From Thermostichus sp. DRC_bins_24 (GTDB taxonomy: Bacteria; Cyanobacteriota; Cyanobacteriia; Thermostichales; Thermostichaceae): a stretch of 39,962 nucleotides of DNA. The position numbers and the translations under genes are program-made. Positions 17,816 through 27,811 of this stretch are shown piece by piece; positions within the stretch are counted from its first letter, which is position 1; each line of letters begins with the position of its first letter. The DNA lies in assembly GCA_039794845.1 (NCBI GenBank), contig JAUQVK010000041.1, positions 1 to 39,962 of the forward strand, read 5' to 3'. Under the pieces are notes generated by a model, which was given only the letters and a program-made list of their open reading frames with translations, was not told the origin of the DNA and did no database searches.

Positions 17816-18706
17816 CTATCTCTTCAACGGATCTGTGAGCACTTCCGGTCGAGAAATGATGACACGGGTACCTGGGGCCAGCTTGCGCACATAGTCCAAC
17901 TGCACCACCTCGGGGTTTTGTTTCAGGGCCTCCCCCTGTAGCTGAATCGACTGGGCTTCCCCTTCCGCTAGCACCACCACCCGTTGTTTCTCCAACTCGG
18001 CTTTTTCCACCAAGAAGCGTTCCCGCTCTTTTTCCTGCTCGGCAATTTGCTTTTGCTCGATGGCGGTTTGGAATTGGTCAGAGAAGCGGACATTGCGCAG
18101 CAGCACGTTTTGCAGGATCAGATCGTTCTCGGCAAAGATGCTGGAGAGCTGCTGTTCGACATTGTCTTGGATTTCTTCTCGCTCTTCTGAAAAAACGGCA
18201 ATGGCTCGGTGCAGGGCCAACTCATTGCGCATCACAGTCCGCACCTCCGGGCGGATCACCTTATCCACATAGGAGGGGCCGATGGTTTGGTGCAGGTGGG
18301 AAACCTTGGCCGGATCCAGGCGGAATCGTACCGATACATCCAGGGTGATCTGTTGTCCATCGGCACTCAGCACCTTCAGGGCGTCATCCCCCAAGGATTG
18401 GCTCTCGGAGCGCTGTGAGGCCATCGTGTAGGTCTGGGTACGGACATCGTAGAAAATCGGCGTTTCCACCACCGGCAGCAACAGGTGCAGCCCTTCTCCC
18501 AGCGGTTGCGGTTTCAGCCCCGTCACGGAGTTGAAGACCACGGCACGAGTACCAGCCGGCACCACCAACAGACACTGCAGCACAGTAGCCAAAAGAATCA
18601 ACACCAATGCCCCCCCCACCAAGGGGATCCAGGACAGGGCAGAAGGATCGAAACTGGAACGACGGGGATGAGCCGATTTCACAGGAGTGCCACCCAAAGA
18701 ACACAC
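17816..18706 (-). CDS. Prohibitin/SPFH (band 7) family protein
   Basis: N-terminal TM helix, GEGLHLLLP, SADGQQITLDVSVRF, AIEQKQIAEQ coiled coil and AEGEA. Start is uncertain. Confidence 0.9.
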   Translation of the reverse strand: MCSLGGTPVKSAHPRRSSFDPSALSWIPLVGGALVLILLATVLQCLLVVPAGTRAVVFNSVTGLKPQPLGEGLHLLLPVVETPIFYDVRTQTYTMASQRSESQSLGDDALKVLSADGQQITLDVSVRFRLDPAKVSHLHQTIGPSYVDKVIRPEVRTVMRNELALHRAIAVFSEEREEIQDNVEQQLSSIFAENDLILQNVLLRNVRFSDQFQTAIEQKQIAEQEKERERFLVEKAELEKQRVVVLAEGEAQSIQLQGEALKQNPEVVQLDYVRKLAPGTRVIISRPEVLTDPLKR

Positions 18707-18785
18707 AGAGCTTGGAGAAGGGAACGGGGTTGGCTCGCTCGCTCGCCAAAGCCTTTTTGAGCTTAACCCAGGTAGATTGGTTCAA

Positions 18786-19062
18786 TCACCTGCACCAGAC
18801 ACTTTGAGCAACATCTCGAATCACCACAACCTGGTTGGGCCAATCTTCTTCTGAGAAGTGGTTCAGGGATCCCAGGATCCGCGTATGAATCTTTTGCTGA
18901 TTGGGTTGTCTCAGTCGAATGATCAGAAAGACCGAAGTGGGTCATTTCTTCGTTAGGAATCCCTTGCCGACTGCTGCCTCTCAAGTCGGTGACCGTGTGT
19001 CCCAGTTCCTGCAGGGTGTGCACAGTAATCAACGGAATATTTTCATCTACCAGAATGTTCAT
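18786..19062 (-). pseudogene. DUF5615/PIN-like toxin pseudogene
   Basis: N-terminus MNILVDENIP...LQELGHTVTDLRG. The C-terminal LIIRLRQPNQQKIH...W...VVVIRD lies in another frame after an extra T near 18927, and the usual central 'LITTDKGF' segment is missing. Confidence 0.75.
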
Positions 19063-19067
19063 AAAAG

Positions 19068-19298
19068 CTAGAGAACATCCGCGAGGGGCGATACCTGTTC
19101 TTCTGCCCGTGCTGCAGCGTAGGAGAGACAGGCAAAAATATCCTCTCGCTGAAGTTGGGGATAAGCCTCTAACAAGTCCTCGAGGGTGTCCCCATTGGCC
19201 AACATGCCAATCACTTGAGCCACAGGGATCCGCGTTCCCTTAATACAAGCCTGTCCATGGCAAATGCCGGGATTAATTGAGATACGCTCAAAACTCAT
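19068..19298 (-). CDS. DUF433 family antitoxin-like protein
   Basis: 76 aa, RISINPGICHGQACIKGTRIPV...LLEAYPQL.REDI.ACL.YAA. Confidence 0.92.
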   Translation of the reverse strand: MSFERISINPGICHGQACIKGTRIPVAQVIGMLANGDTLEDLLEAYPQLQREDIFACLSYAAARAEEQVSPLADVL

Positions 19299-19313
19299 GC
19301 TGAACTCCTGTTT

Positions 19314-20213
19314 TTATCCCAGAGCTGCTGCCAGAATCTGGTAGGTGAGCTTGGCGACGGTAAAGGCACTGCGCCGATCGGTTTCTCGCTCCCCGGTCAC
19401 CGACAGTTCCACCACATCGGCTCCGACAATTTGCCGCTGCTGGCCCAAGGCGCGGATCAGTTCTAGGGTTTCCCACCAACCCAAGCCCCCCGGTTCCGGC
19501 GTGCCCGTGGCCGGAACAACCGAGGGATCCAAACCATCCACATCCACCGTCAAATAAACCTGTGGCCCCAGGGTATCGATCACCTCCTGAATCCACTGTT
19601 GGGGGGGCTTGCTCTGTAGGCTGTGGGCAAAAAAGGTGTGCAAGCGGCGCTCGCGGATTGCCTGGCGATCTTCGGCGCAAATGGAGCGGATCCCCACCTG
19701 AGTCAGGCGGTTGTCTACCTGATCCACCACACGGGCCATGGCTGAGGCATGGGAATACAGGGATCCCTCGTAGCTATTTCTCAGGTCGCAGTGGGCATCG
19801 ATTTGCAACACGTGCAGCTCTGGGTAATGGGGCACATGCGCAGCGATCAGGGGGCCCGTGATGGAGTGTTCTCCGCCAATCGACAACAAGAATCGCCCCG
19901 GTTGCACCCACTCGGCGGCACGGCGCTGAATTTCGGCCATAGCCGGTTCATGGGGCTCGGCAAACTCTACGGCAGGGGCGGTCCAGTAGCGGGAGAGATC
20001 TTCTGGGGCTTCAGGGTTGAGTGCCGGTTCTCGATCCCGTACCTCGTCGTAGATCTCCACATAGGCAGATGCCTCGAGCAGAGCCTGCGGGCCTTTGGCC
20101 GTGCCTTTGCCGTAGGAGGTGGTGGCCTCGTAGGGAATGGGCAAAAGAATGGCTTGGGCAGCCTCGGGATCCGGCTCGGGCAAGCCCAAAAACGGGACGG
20201 GGGAACGATACAT
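19314..20213 (-). CDS. speB: Agmatinase (arginase/ureohydrolase family)
   Basis: Metal-binding motifs GGEHSIT, DAHCDLR and DVDGLDP...TGTPEPGGL. Confidence 0.9.
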   Translation of the reverse strand: MYRSPVPFLGLPEPDPEAAQAILLPIPYEATTSYGKGTAKGPQALLEASAYVEIYDEVRDREPALNPEAPEDLSRYWTAPAVEFAEPHEPAMAEIQRRAAEWVQPGRFLLSIGGEHSITGPLIAAHVPHYPELHVLQIDAHCDLRNSYEGSLYSHASAMARVVDQVDNRLTQVGIRSICAEDRQAIRERRLHTFFAHSLQSKPPQQWIQEVIDTLGPQVYLTVDVDGLDPSVVPATGTPEPGGLGWWETLELIRALGQQRQIVGADVVELSVTGERETDRRSAFTVAKLTYQILAAALG

Positions 20214-20350
20214 GGTGGCCTTCCAGATGGGATCCCCATTCTAATGAGGATCCCTTGTGGGATTCTGGCAAAACTTTTAGACTGTTCTAGACTGAGCATC
20301 AGCAAGATGCTATGCATCCCGGTTCAACCTCCACAGCGAGCTGACGACCC

Positions 20351-21103
20351 ATGACCTCTGCCCCAAACTCTGCCCTCTTCGATGCCCTTGCCCAACGACG
20401 GGCCCTCAAGGTGATCAGCGGCTTGCACAATTTTGACCAGCAGTCAGTCTTGAAAATCACTCGTGCTGCCCAACAGGGGGGCGCCACTTGGGTGGATATC
20501 GCCGCCAGTCCCGAGTTGGTGCAACAGGTACGGGCCCAAATTGAGCTACCCATTTGTGTTTCCGCCGTGGATCCCCACCAGTTGGCAGAAGCGGTTCGGG
20601 CTGGGGCCAATGCTGCCGAAATTGGTAACTACGACAGTTTTTACCCCCTAGGTCGTACGTTCTCTGCAGCGGAGGTCTTGGATCTGACCCGCCAAACCCG
20701 TGCCCTCCTACCCCGTACCCTGTTGTCGGTCACTGTTCCCCATACCCTGCCTCTTGATCAGCAGGCGGAGTTGGCCGAAAAACTGGAAGACTTGGGGGCA
20801 GACCTGATTCAAACCGAGGGGGGAACCAGTGCCGAGCCCTCTCATGGGGGATCCCTGGGCTTGGTGGAAAAAGCGGCCCCCACCCTAGCGGCTGCCTACG
20901 AAATTAGCCGGGTGGTTTCCATTCCTGTCATTTGTGCCTCTGGCCTCTCGGCAGTGACGGTGCGCATGGCCATTGCCGCCGGAGCCTCTGGTGTAGGGGT
21001 GGGTAAGGCGATCAACCAGCTCCAAGATGAAGTGGCCATGGTGGCCCAGGTACGGGCTTTGATGGAGGCCCTGACCGGAGTAGGGATCCCTGCGGTTGTC
21101 TAG
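20351..21103 (+). CDS. ycf23: Ycf23/DUF561 family protein
   Basis: Motifs LKVISGL.NFD, LPICVSAV, EIGNYDSFY, LSVTVPH, IQTEGG and EKAAPTLAAA. Confidence 0.88.
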   Translation: MTSAPNSALFDALAQRRALKVISGLHNFDQQSVLKITRAAQQGGATWVDIAASPELVQQVRAQIELPICVSAVDPHQLAEAVRAGANAAEIGNYDSFYPLGRTFSAAEVLDLTRQTRALLPRTLLSVTVPHTLPLDQQAELAEKLEDLGADLIQTEGGTSAEPSHGGSLGLVEKAAPTLAAAYEISRVVSIPVICASGLSAVTVRMAIAAGASGVGVGKAINQLQDEVAMVAQVRALMEALTGVGIPAVV

Positions 21104-21166
21104 CTGGATCTAGATTGCCTGAGCGGTTTTGACGTGGCCTGCCGCGGGCAGGGCGTTGAGGGTGGA

Positions 21167-21787
21167 TTACCGGTAGAGTTGGTGTTGATGAATGTACTGC
21201 TCTACCGCGGCGGGGACTAGGTAGCGGATTGAGCCGCCTTTTTGGATTTGTTCCCGCAGATAAGTGGAAGACAGGGTCAGGGTGGGGGCTTCCAGCAGTT
21301 CCGCCTGCAGCATCGGCAACTTTTGGGTGACCGTCCGTAACACCTCGGGGGCATCGCCTGCATCGACTCGCGGGGCGACGATCCAATGGCAGAGGCGGGT
21401 CAGTTCTTCGGCTTGGTGCCACCGGGGCAGATCCCGTAGGGCATCGACACCGATGATCCAGTACCACTGGGTATCTGGATGTTCCTGAATCAGGCTGCGC
21501 AGGGTCTCGATGGTGTAGGAGCGCCCCTTGCGGTGAATCTCCAGCTCCGAGCAGGCAAAGCGATCATGGTCGGCAATGGCCAATTTCACCATCGCCAGAC
21601 GATCGGCAGTGCTGGCCCCGGCGGCCAAGGGTTTGTGGGGGGGATCCCCGGCAGGTATCCACAGCACCTGATCCAGATCAAACTGCCAGAGGGCTTGCTC
21701 CGCCATAATCAGGTGGCCCTGGTGTACCGGGTTAAAGGTGCCCCCCAAAATGGCAATGCGTGGATGCTTAGGCGCAGAAAAGCTCAT
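21167..21787 (-). CDS. nadD: Nicotinate-nucleotide adenylyltransferase
   Basis: Motifs GGTFNPVHQGH, PPHK, SYTIETL, IIGVD and SST..R. Confidence 0.95.
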   Translation of the reverse strand: MSFSAPKHPRIAILGGTFNPVHQGHLIMAEQALWQFDLDQVLWIPAGDPPHKPLAAGASTADRLAMVKLAIADHDRFACSELEIHRKGRSYTIETLRSLIQEHPDTQWYWIIGVDALRDLPRWHQAEELTRLCHWIVAPRVDAGDAPEVLRTVTQKLPMLQAELLEAPTLTLSSTYLREQIQKGGSIRYLVPAAVEQYIHQHQLYR

Positions 21788-22398
21788 GGCTGCTGGCTCA
21801 GGTAGGTGATGGCGGCCCGCAGCCAGTCTTCAGTTTGGCGCGGCTGAGGGGGTAGCGCCTGCAGGGCCGCATGAATTTCGCCGGGGCTATAGCCGAGGGC
21901 CAGCAAAGCCATTTCCACCTCTTCACGGATGGGCAGGGGTGGCCCCCCGGCCAGGGTTTGCTCCGTCACGCCCGCCCCGTGTCGCCAGTTGGCCAGCTTG
22001 GTTTTCAGCTCCAGCGCTAACCTTTGGGCAGTTTTGTGGCCCACCCCCGGCGTCAGGGCAAGCACCCGCACATTGTCGGTCACCACCGCCTGTACCAGCT
22101 CCGGCAGGCTGAGGGTATTCAGCAGGGCTAAGCCCAAAGCTGGCCCCACCCCCGAAACTTTGATCAGCTCCACAAACAAATCCCGCTCGGCTGCCGAGCC
22201 AAACCCGTATAGCAAAAGCTCCGTCTCCCGCACCGCCAAGTGGGTAAACACCTGGATCGACTCCCCCAAGGGGGGCAGTTGTTTCAAGAAGCGCTCCGGT
22301 GCCTTGACTCGATAGCCGATCCCCTGCACCTCAACCGTGAGGCTACTGCGCTCCCCCAGTTCGATGGCAGCAAGATGGCCGGTTAAAAACGCGATCAT
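21784..22398 (-). CDS. ruvA: Holliday junction branch migration protein RuvA
   Basis: MIAFLTG, EVQGIGY, LYGF, KVSGVGP, PGVGHKTAQRLALELK and ALLALGY. Confidence 0.96.
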   Translation of the reverse strand: MIAFLTGHLAAIELGERSSLTVEVQGIGYRVKAPERFLKQLPPLGESIQVFTHLAVRETELLLYGFGSAAERDLFVELIKVSGVGPALGLALLNTLSLPELVQAVVTDNVRVLALTPGVGHKTAQRLALELKTKLANWRHGAGVTEQTLAGGPPLPIREEVEMALLALGYSPGEIHAALQALPPQPRQTEDWLRAAITYLSQQP

Positions 22399-22509
22399 GC
22401 TGTAAATCCAACCCGTGTTCAGGATACTGCCCGGCCAAGGCTGAGGATCAACATCTGGGGAAAGGGCAAAGGAGAATCTAAAATTAAGAAAGGCTTGCGA
22501 GCGGTCATC

Positions 22510-23445
22510 ATGACTTCAACATCGGCATCGGCCACTCCCCTTTCGGCACGGTGGATCTGGCGAGGGCAGTCGGTTCATTACGTCAAACAGGGTGAGCAGG
22601 GGCAGCCTTTGCTGTTGGTGCATGGCTTTGGCGCCTCTACCGATCACTGGCGCAAAAACATTCCCGAATTGGCCCAACATTATCAGGTTTATGCCATCGA
22701 TTTGCTGGGGTTTGGTCGTTCTGCCAAGCCCAATTGGGATTACCGCGCCGACATTTGGCGGGATCAACTGCGGGATTTTTGCCAGCAAGTGGTGCGGCGG
22801 CCCGTGGTGGGGGTGGGGAACTCCTTGGGGGGCTACGTGGTGCTTAGTTTCGCGGCGGAATGGCCGGAGTGGATCCGGGGGGTGGTGCTGCTGAACGGAG
22901 CAGGGGGCTTTTCTACGCTGGGGGGATCCCCAACAGGCTGGAAGCAATGGATAGGCGGTTTGGTGGGTTGGGGGTTACGCCAGCGCTTGGTGTCTTATCT
23001 GTTGTTTCAGTATTTGCGGCAGCCGCACGTGATTCGGGAGAAGTTGAAGCAGATTTACTATGACCCCTCTGCGGTGACGGATCAGCTGGTAGAGGATATC
23101 CATCGCCCCAGCTTGGATCCGGGGGCGGCGGATGTGTTTGCCGCCCTGATGCGCGGGGGCCAGAAGGGCCGCTATGTGGATGAGCTGCTGCGCAGTTTGG
23201 TGCGGCCCCTGTTGTTGATCTGGGGAGAACGGGATCCCTGGATGCGCGCCCGCGAACGATCCAAGCTCTACCGCGCCCATTACCCGCAGTTGGTGGAGCA
23301 TTTCCTTGAGGCGGGCCATTGTCCCCATGATGAGCGCCCCGAACTGGTCAACCCCCTCATCCACGATTGGATCGAGACCGCGATCCCCGCCACCACATCT
23401 CCCCCGATTTCCAAAGCTGCTCCTGTGACGGAGTTGCAGCCCTAG
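22510..23445 (+). CDS. Alpha/beta fold hydrolase
   Basis: LVHGFGAS, DLLGFG, nucleophile GNSLGG, WGERDPW and AGHCPHDE. Confidence 0.92.
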   Translation: MTSTSASATPLSARWIWRGQSVHYVKQGEQGQPLLLVHGFGASTDHWRKNIPELAQHYQVYAIDLLGFGRSAKPNWDYRADIWRDQLRDFCQQVVRRPVVGVGNSLGGYVVLSFAAEWPEWIRGVVLLNGAGGFSTLGGSPTGWKQWIGGLVGWGLRQRLVSYLLFQYLRQPHVIREKLKQIYYDPSAVTDQLVEDIHRPSLDPGAADVFAALMRGGQKGRYVDELLRSLVRPLLLIWGERDPWMRARERSKLYRAHYPQLVEHFLEAGHCPHDERPELVNPLIHDWIETAIPATTSPPISKAAPVTELQP

Positions 23446-23972
23446 TTTTTCGGCACCTCTTCCTCCAAGTCCCCTTCCAAGCCGATGGTGTATTTCGACC
23501 ACTCTCGATGGGTGCCGCTGCCCACTGCTTTGGAGATCTCAAAGTAGAGAGTGCTGTGGGGGCGACGGGGCTGACGCAGTAGGGGCATGGCGGCTTCTCG
23601 AGGGGTACGATTTCCCTTTTTCACATTGCAGCGCACACAGGCACTGACGACATTTTCCCAGGTATCTCCACCCCCTCGGGAACGGGGAATGATGTGATCG
23701 AGGGTGAGGTCTTCTCCGAAACAGCCGCAGTATTGGCAACGATGGGCATCTCGGTACAGCACATTGCGTCGAGTTAGGGGAATCTCTTTGTGGGGAATGT
23801 GGACGTAGTGGCGCAGGCGAATGACGGTGGGCAGAGGCATGTTGCCGTAGACCACTCTGCCGTTGTGCTCGATTTGTTCGGCTTTGCCTTTGAGTAAAAG
23901 AATGACCGCTCTGCGCCAACTGGTGATGTTGAGCGGCTCGTAGGAGGCATTCAAAACCAAGACTTTGCCCAT
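23442..23972 (-). CDS. HNH endonuclease (McrA-like)
   Basis: MGKVLVLNASYEPL, RD..RCQYCG, LTLDHIIPRSRGG and WENVVSACVRCN.KKG. Confidence 0.92.
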   Translation of the reverse strand: MGKVLVLNASYEPLNITSWRRAVILLLKGKAEQIEHNGRVVYGNMPLPTVIRLRHYVHIPHKEIPLTRRNVLYRDAHRCQYCGCFGEDLTLDHIIPRSRGGGDTWENVVSACVRCNVKKGNRTPREAAMPLLRQPRRPHSTLYFEISKAVGSGTHREWSKYTIGLEGDLEEEVPKN

Positions 23973-24100
23973 AGTGCTACGCACCGCTGACGGGATCCCA
24001 AACCCGATCCAAATAGGAGCCAGCTTCCCTAAGTTATGCAAGATGTTAACACAGCTTCAACCCTTGTCATCGGGTGCCAACTCCCCGGCCAGAGGGGGTT

Positions 24101-27100
24101 TTAGGGATTGGGGAGGCTTCCTTCTGTAGAAAGGTTGGGCAGGCTAACCTCAAAAAGGGTACGGTTTTCTTGGCTTTCCACCCACAGGTCTCCTCGCAAC
24201 AGTTCCACCGCTTTTTTAACCAGCGGCAAACCCAAGCCGGTGCCCCCCTGTTGGGCATGATCCAGCTGTCGAACCCGATGAAACTTCTCGAAAATACGCG
24301 GCAAATGCTCCGGCGGGATCTGCACGCCCGTATTGGTCACTCGCAAGCGCAAATAGGGCGAATCGGTGGAGACCCACAGGTGAACCTGTTCACCGGCAGG
24401 GGTGTACTTGGCGGCATTGTTGAGCAATTCGCTGAGGATGCGGGTGAGGAGGCCAACGTCAGTGGTGAAGGAGATTGGGTGGGGAGGAATTTGGGGAATA
24501 AAGGTGAGTTGACGCTCTTGAAACCGCAAGACAAAGGGTGCCAAAAGACCCTCCAGCCATTCCTGTAGGCTGAAGCAGATCGGTTCTAGGGGGTGATTGC
24601 CGGACTCGAGACGTTGTAAATCCAGCAGATCGTTGACCAAATCCAGCTCCTTTTGCCACTCCTCCTTGAGGATGTTGAAGTAGCGGGCTTGTGGCTCAGC
24701 AATGCCGCTCACCTCCAGCATTTTGAGGGCCATTTTCATACTGGTTAGGGGGGTGCGCAGCTCGTGGGAGACCATGTTGAGAAAATCTTCTTTGAGTTGG
24801 TTTAGCTCCATCAATTGCTGCAATTGGGTTTGCGTTTTTTGGTAAAGGCGGGCTTGACGAATGGCGATGCTGCACTGGTTGGCAATTTGCTCGGCAAACC
24901 GGATCTCGGCAGGGGTAAACCCTTCTCGAGGGAGGCGAATTAACTCGAGAAAACCCAGCAGGGAAGTTGTGGGTTGGGATGGGGAGGTTTCGGCGGGGGG
25001 TGGATCCTGGAGTTCCGTGAACAGGGGGCAAGCGACGACGGTACACCAGCCGCGCGAGGGATGGTTAAGACTGAGATGCAGGGTTTGGCCCTGGTTGAGT
25101 TGACGTAGAAGGATATGATCCAGGGGAAGGGAAATCTCGCCCAAGGCTGGCATAGAGCCCGCCGATTCGTAGGCCAGGGTATAGGTGTGGGTTTCGGGCT
25201 CAATTAAGCCCACTCCACAAGCCCCCAACTGTAGAGATTGAGTCAGCTCGCGAACGACAATTTCCAGGATGTCTTTTTCGTTGAGGCTGGATCGCACTTC
25301 ATCGCTGATCAATCGCAACAGTTGTTCATAGCTCACCAGTTGATGCAGCTCGGCGTTGCGCACTTCCACTTGGTAGCGCAGCTCGGCGTTGGTGGCTTGC
25401 AGTTGTTGAAAAAGAGCTGCCTGTTGTAGCGCCAGCCCCAGTTGATCGGCCAATTGCTTCAAGGATTCGGGCATCCAGGGATCCCAACTTTTCGGCTCAG
25501 TGCAGTGATGGGCGATCAACAGCCCCCAGAGGTGAGCCGCCTGGAGAATCGGCACCACCAAATTGGCGCGCACCCCTAAACCGGCCAACAGCTCCCGATG
25601 ACAGGGTTGAATGGGTGCAAAGTTAATATCTTCGATGGCGGAGATGCGGCCCAATTGATAGGGTTGGTGCCATTGGCTCATAAAGCAAAAATCTTCGATC
25701 ACTTCCCCCAAGAGGCTCAACTCCGCTTGACTGATCGATTCCGCCGCAATTTCTCCGGCCCAGTGGGGCAAAAAGCGATAGATCACCACACGATCTACAT
25801 TCAGCAAAAGGCGAACCTCTCGCACCGTGAAATTAAGAATGCTCTCTACATCCAAAAATTGCCGAATCCCTTGGGTGATGTGGCTGAGCAATCGGGCTTG
25901 ACGGAGTTGATGTTGATCTTGCGCCTGCGTTTGCTTCCGTTCGGTGATATCGGTAACTGAGACCACGCCATAGATCCCCCCTTCTGGAGCATCCACGACA
26001 AAACAAGCCAGATCGACCCATAGGATCTCACCCGTTTTGCAGATATAGCGTTTTTCCATCCTGAAACTTTGGCGTTGACCCTGATTGAGTTCCTCCACAT
26101 ACATTCTTTCCTGGGGCAAATCCTCTGGGTATGTGAGTTCTTCAGAGTTCATGGCCAAGAGTTCTGAGCGGCTATAGCCCGTGAGCTGACAAAAGCTATC
26201 ATTCACCTTGATGATTTGCCCCGCTCCATTGGCGATGAACATACCCGTCGTGGACAGATCGAAGAGTCTTTGAAACAGATCTTCTTGATGCTTAAGGGAA
26301 TCTTCGAGTCTTCGCTGTTGCTGCAGAATTTCTCGTTCAGAAGTTAAGTCTTGAACACTGGCGATCATCCCGATCAAATGGCCTTCGCTATCTCGCCATG
26401 GGGCATCCAAAATCCGGACGGGGAAGCGTTCCCCATTGCGGCGCCTGAAAATGAGCTCCCACCCCTGTAAAGGTCGCTCTCGCTCCAATCCTTCTCGAAA
26501 GGCTTGCTGAATGGTTTCCAATTCTTCTGGGGGCCAATAGGGGTAGGGGGGATCCCGCCCGATCAAGTCTGCTTTCGGCCAGCCCACCATGGCGGCAAAG
26601 GTATCGTTCACATAGATTTGTTTGCCCTCCAAGTCAGCAGCAGCAATGCCCAACGGGATCGATTGTTCAATCCCCAAGCGCAGGTTCAAGCCCGTGCGCA
26701 GCTCTTCTTCTAGGGCTTCTCGCTGCAATTGCTCCAAATTCAGCAGCGCCTGATGGGTAGCATCCGCAGTGGCAAGGGACTGCGGGTCTTGAAGCAGTTT
26801 CAAGCAGAGATCTTCTTGGTTCACCACTCCCAATAGGGATCCCGTTTCATCCACAATCGGTAAATGGTGAACCCGGTGGGCCTGCATATAGCGAAGAAGC
26901 GTGAAGGGATCCCGATAATCTTGGGCGGCAAAGGTGAGCACAGGGGCGGTCATCACCTCTGCGATGGTGGATCCCTGACGGCCATTGGCAACCCATTGCA
27001 AGGCATCGGTAGCAGTAAATATGCCCAACAACTGATCTGAATCGCCAACCAAGGCATAGCGAAAGGGAGCGTTTTTTTGAGCTATAAGCTCAATGACGGC

Positions 27101-27211
27101 GGCAACAGGGCTGTCGGATTTGACCAGCAGGGGTACTAGCTCAAGGAACTGATCCAGCGGTGGTGACGAGCCTGAGCCTTGAACCATATGGGTAGATTTT
27201 GCCCCATGCAC
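24101..27211 (-). CDS. Cyanobacteriochrome sensor histidine kinase (CBS-PAS-PAS-GAF-GAF-HisKA-HATPase)
   Basis: N-terminal CBS pair, two PAS domains, a GAF with DFCF and PCH motifs, VSHELRTPL, ELLNNAAKY and GTGLGL. The start may be ATG 27187. Confidence 0.9.
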   Translation of the reverse strand: MHGAKSTHMVQGSGSSPPLDQFLELVPLLVKSDSPVAAVIELIAQKNAPFRYALVGDSDQLLGIFTATDALQWVANGRQGSTIAEVMTAPVLTFAAQDYRDPFTLLRYMQAHRVHHLPIVDETGSLLGVVNQEDLCLKLLQDPQSLATADATHQALLNLEQLQREALEEELRTGLNLRLGIEQSIPLGIAAADLEGKQIYVNDTFAAMVGWPKADLIGRDPPYPYWPPEELETIQQAFREGLERERPLQGWELIFRRRNGERFPVRILDAPWRDSEGHLIGMIASVQDLTSEREILQQQRRLEDSLKHQEDLFQRLFDLSTTGMFIANGAGQIIKVNDSFCQLTGYSRSELLAMNSEELTYPEDLPQERMYVEELNQGQRQSFRMEKRYICKTGEILWVDLACFVVDAPEGGIYGVVSVTDITERKQTQAQDQHQLRQARLLSHITQGIRQFLDVESILNFTVREVRLLLNVDRVVIYRFLPHWAGEIAAESISQAELSLLGEVIEDFCFMSQWHQPYQLGRISAIEDINFAPIQPCHRELLAGLGVRANLVVPILQAAHLWGLLIAHHCTEPKSWDPWMPESLKQLADQLGLALQQAALFQQLQATNAELRYQVEVRNAELHQLVSYEQLLRLISDEVRSSLNEKDILEIVVRELTQSLQLGACGVGLIEPETHTYTLAYESAGSMPALGEISLPLDHILLRQLNQGQTLHLSLNHPSRGWCTVVACPLFTELQDPPPAETSPSQPTTSLLGFLELIRLPREGFTPAEIRFAEQIANQCSIAIRQARLYQKTQTQLQQLMELNQLKEDFLNMVSHELRTPLTSMKMALKMLEVSGIAEPQARYFNILKEEWQKELDLVNDLLDLQRLESGNHPLEPICFSLQEWLEGLLAPFVLRFQERQLTFIPQIPPHPISFTTDVGLLTRILSELLNNAAKYTPAGEQVHLWVSTDSPYLRLRVTNTGVQIPPEHLPRIFEKFHRVRQLDHAQQGGTGLGLPLVKKAVELLRGDLWVESQENRTLFEVSLPNLSTEGSLPNP

Positions 27212-27811
27212 TCATAAGTATTCTATTCTTTCTAGCAAAAACTATTTCAGCTCAACATGAGGGATTTCGCTGAACTGTGGCTGAGGAAGAGTAAATAAGT
27301 ATTTCTTGAAATATTTCCTGGCTGGAGCTTTTTGATGGCCTATTTACAGAGTTTGGCCACAGCACAAAACTAGGACTGCCAATTCTTTGTAACTTTGGAT
27401 CCTTCGAGCTGGCAATTTTTCAATGGCTACCGTAAGTCTTTGGATGGTTTTCTACAAATTTTCACCAACACCCCTCTCATGGAATCAACAGAATTTTCCC
27501 ATAAGCTCTGGGCTCCAATACAGCTTCATGAGCTTTTGCGGCTTCTGCTAGCGCAAACTCTCGCCCAACCACTGGCTGGAGGATATGAGTGTGCAAGCCT
27601 GCCCCGATGGGTGTACCCGAATGGCTTGCATGGATCCCTGGCACTGTTCACCCATCATCCCTCCGGACCAAGACCCCCAAAGAAACCTTGAACTCGTAGC
27701 GTTGGATGCACTTATGCCGCCATGGGCATGGTTGAATGAGGCCACTTTAGCGGGTGGGTTGGGGCAGGGATCCTCACCCCACATTCATGAAGATAAAAAG
27801 GGAGTTCATGT

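Noticed and set aside
23442..23972. HNH nuclease as a mobile, defence or RNA-guided (IscB-like) effector
   Set aside because: It is a short stand-alone HNH with no RuvC or PLMP segment and no adjacent array or structured RNA. It matches a widespread chromosomal family.
27696..27709. Possible NtcA site GTA-N8-TGC upstream of the amine oxidase
   Set aside because: One half-site is imperfect and there is no TAN3T box at the canonical spacing.
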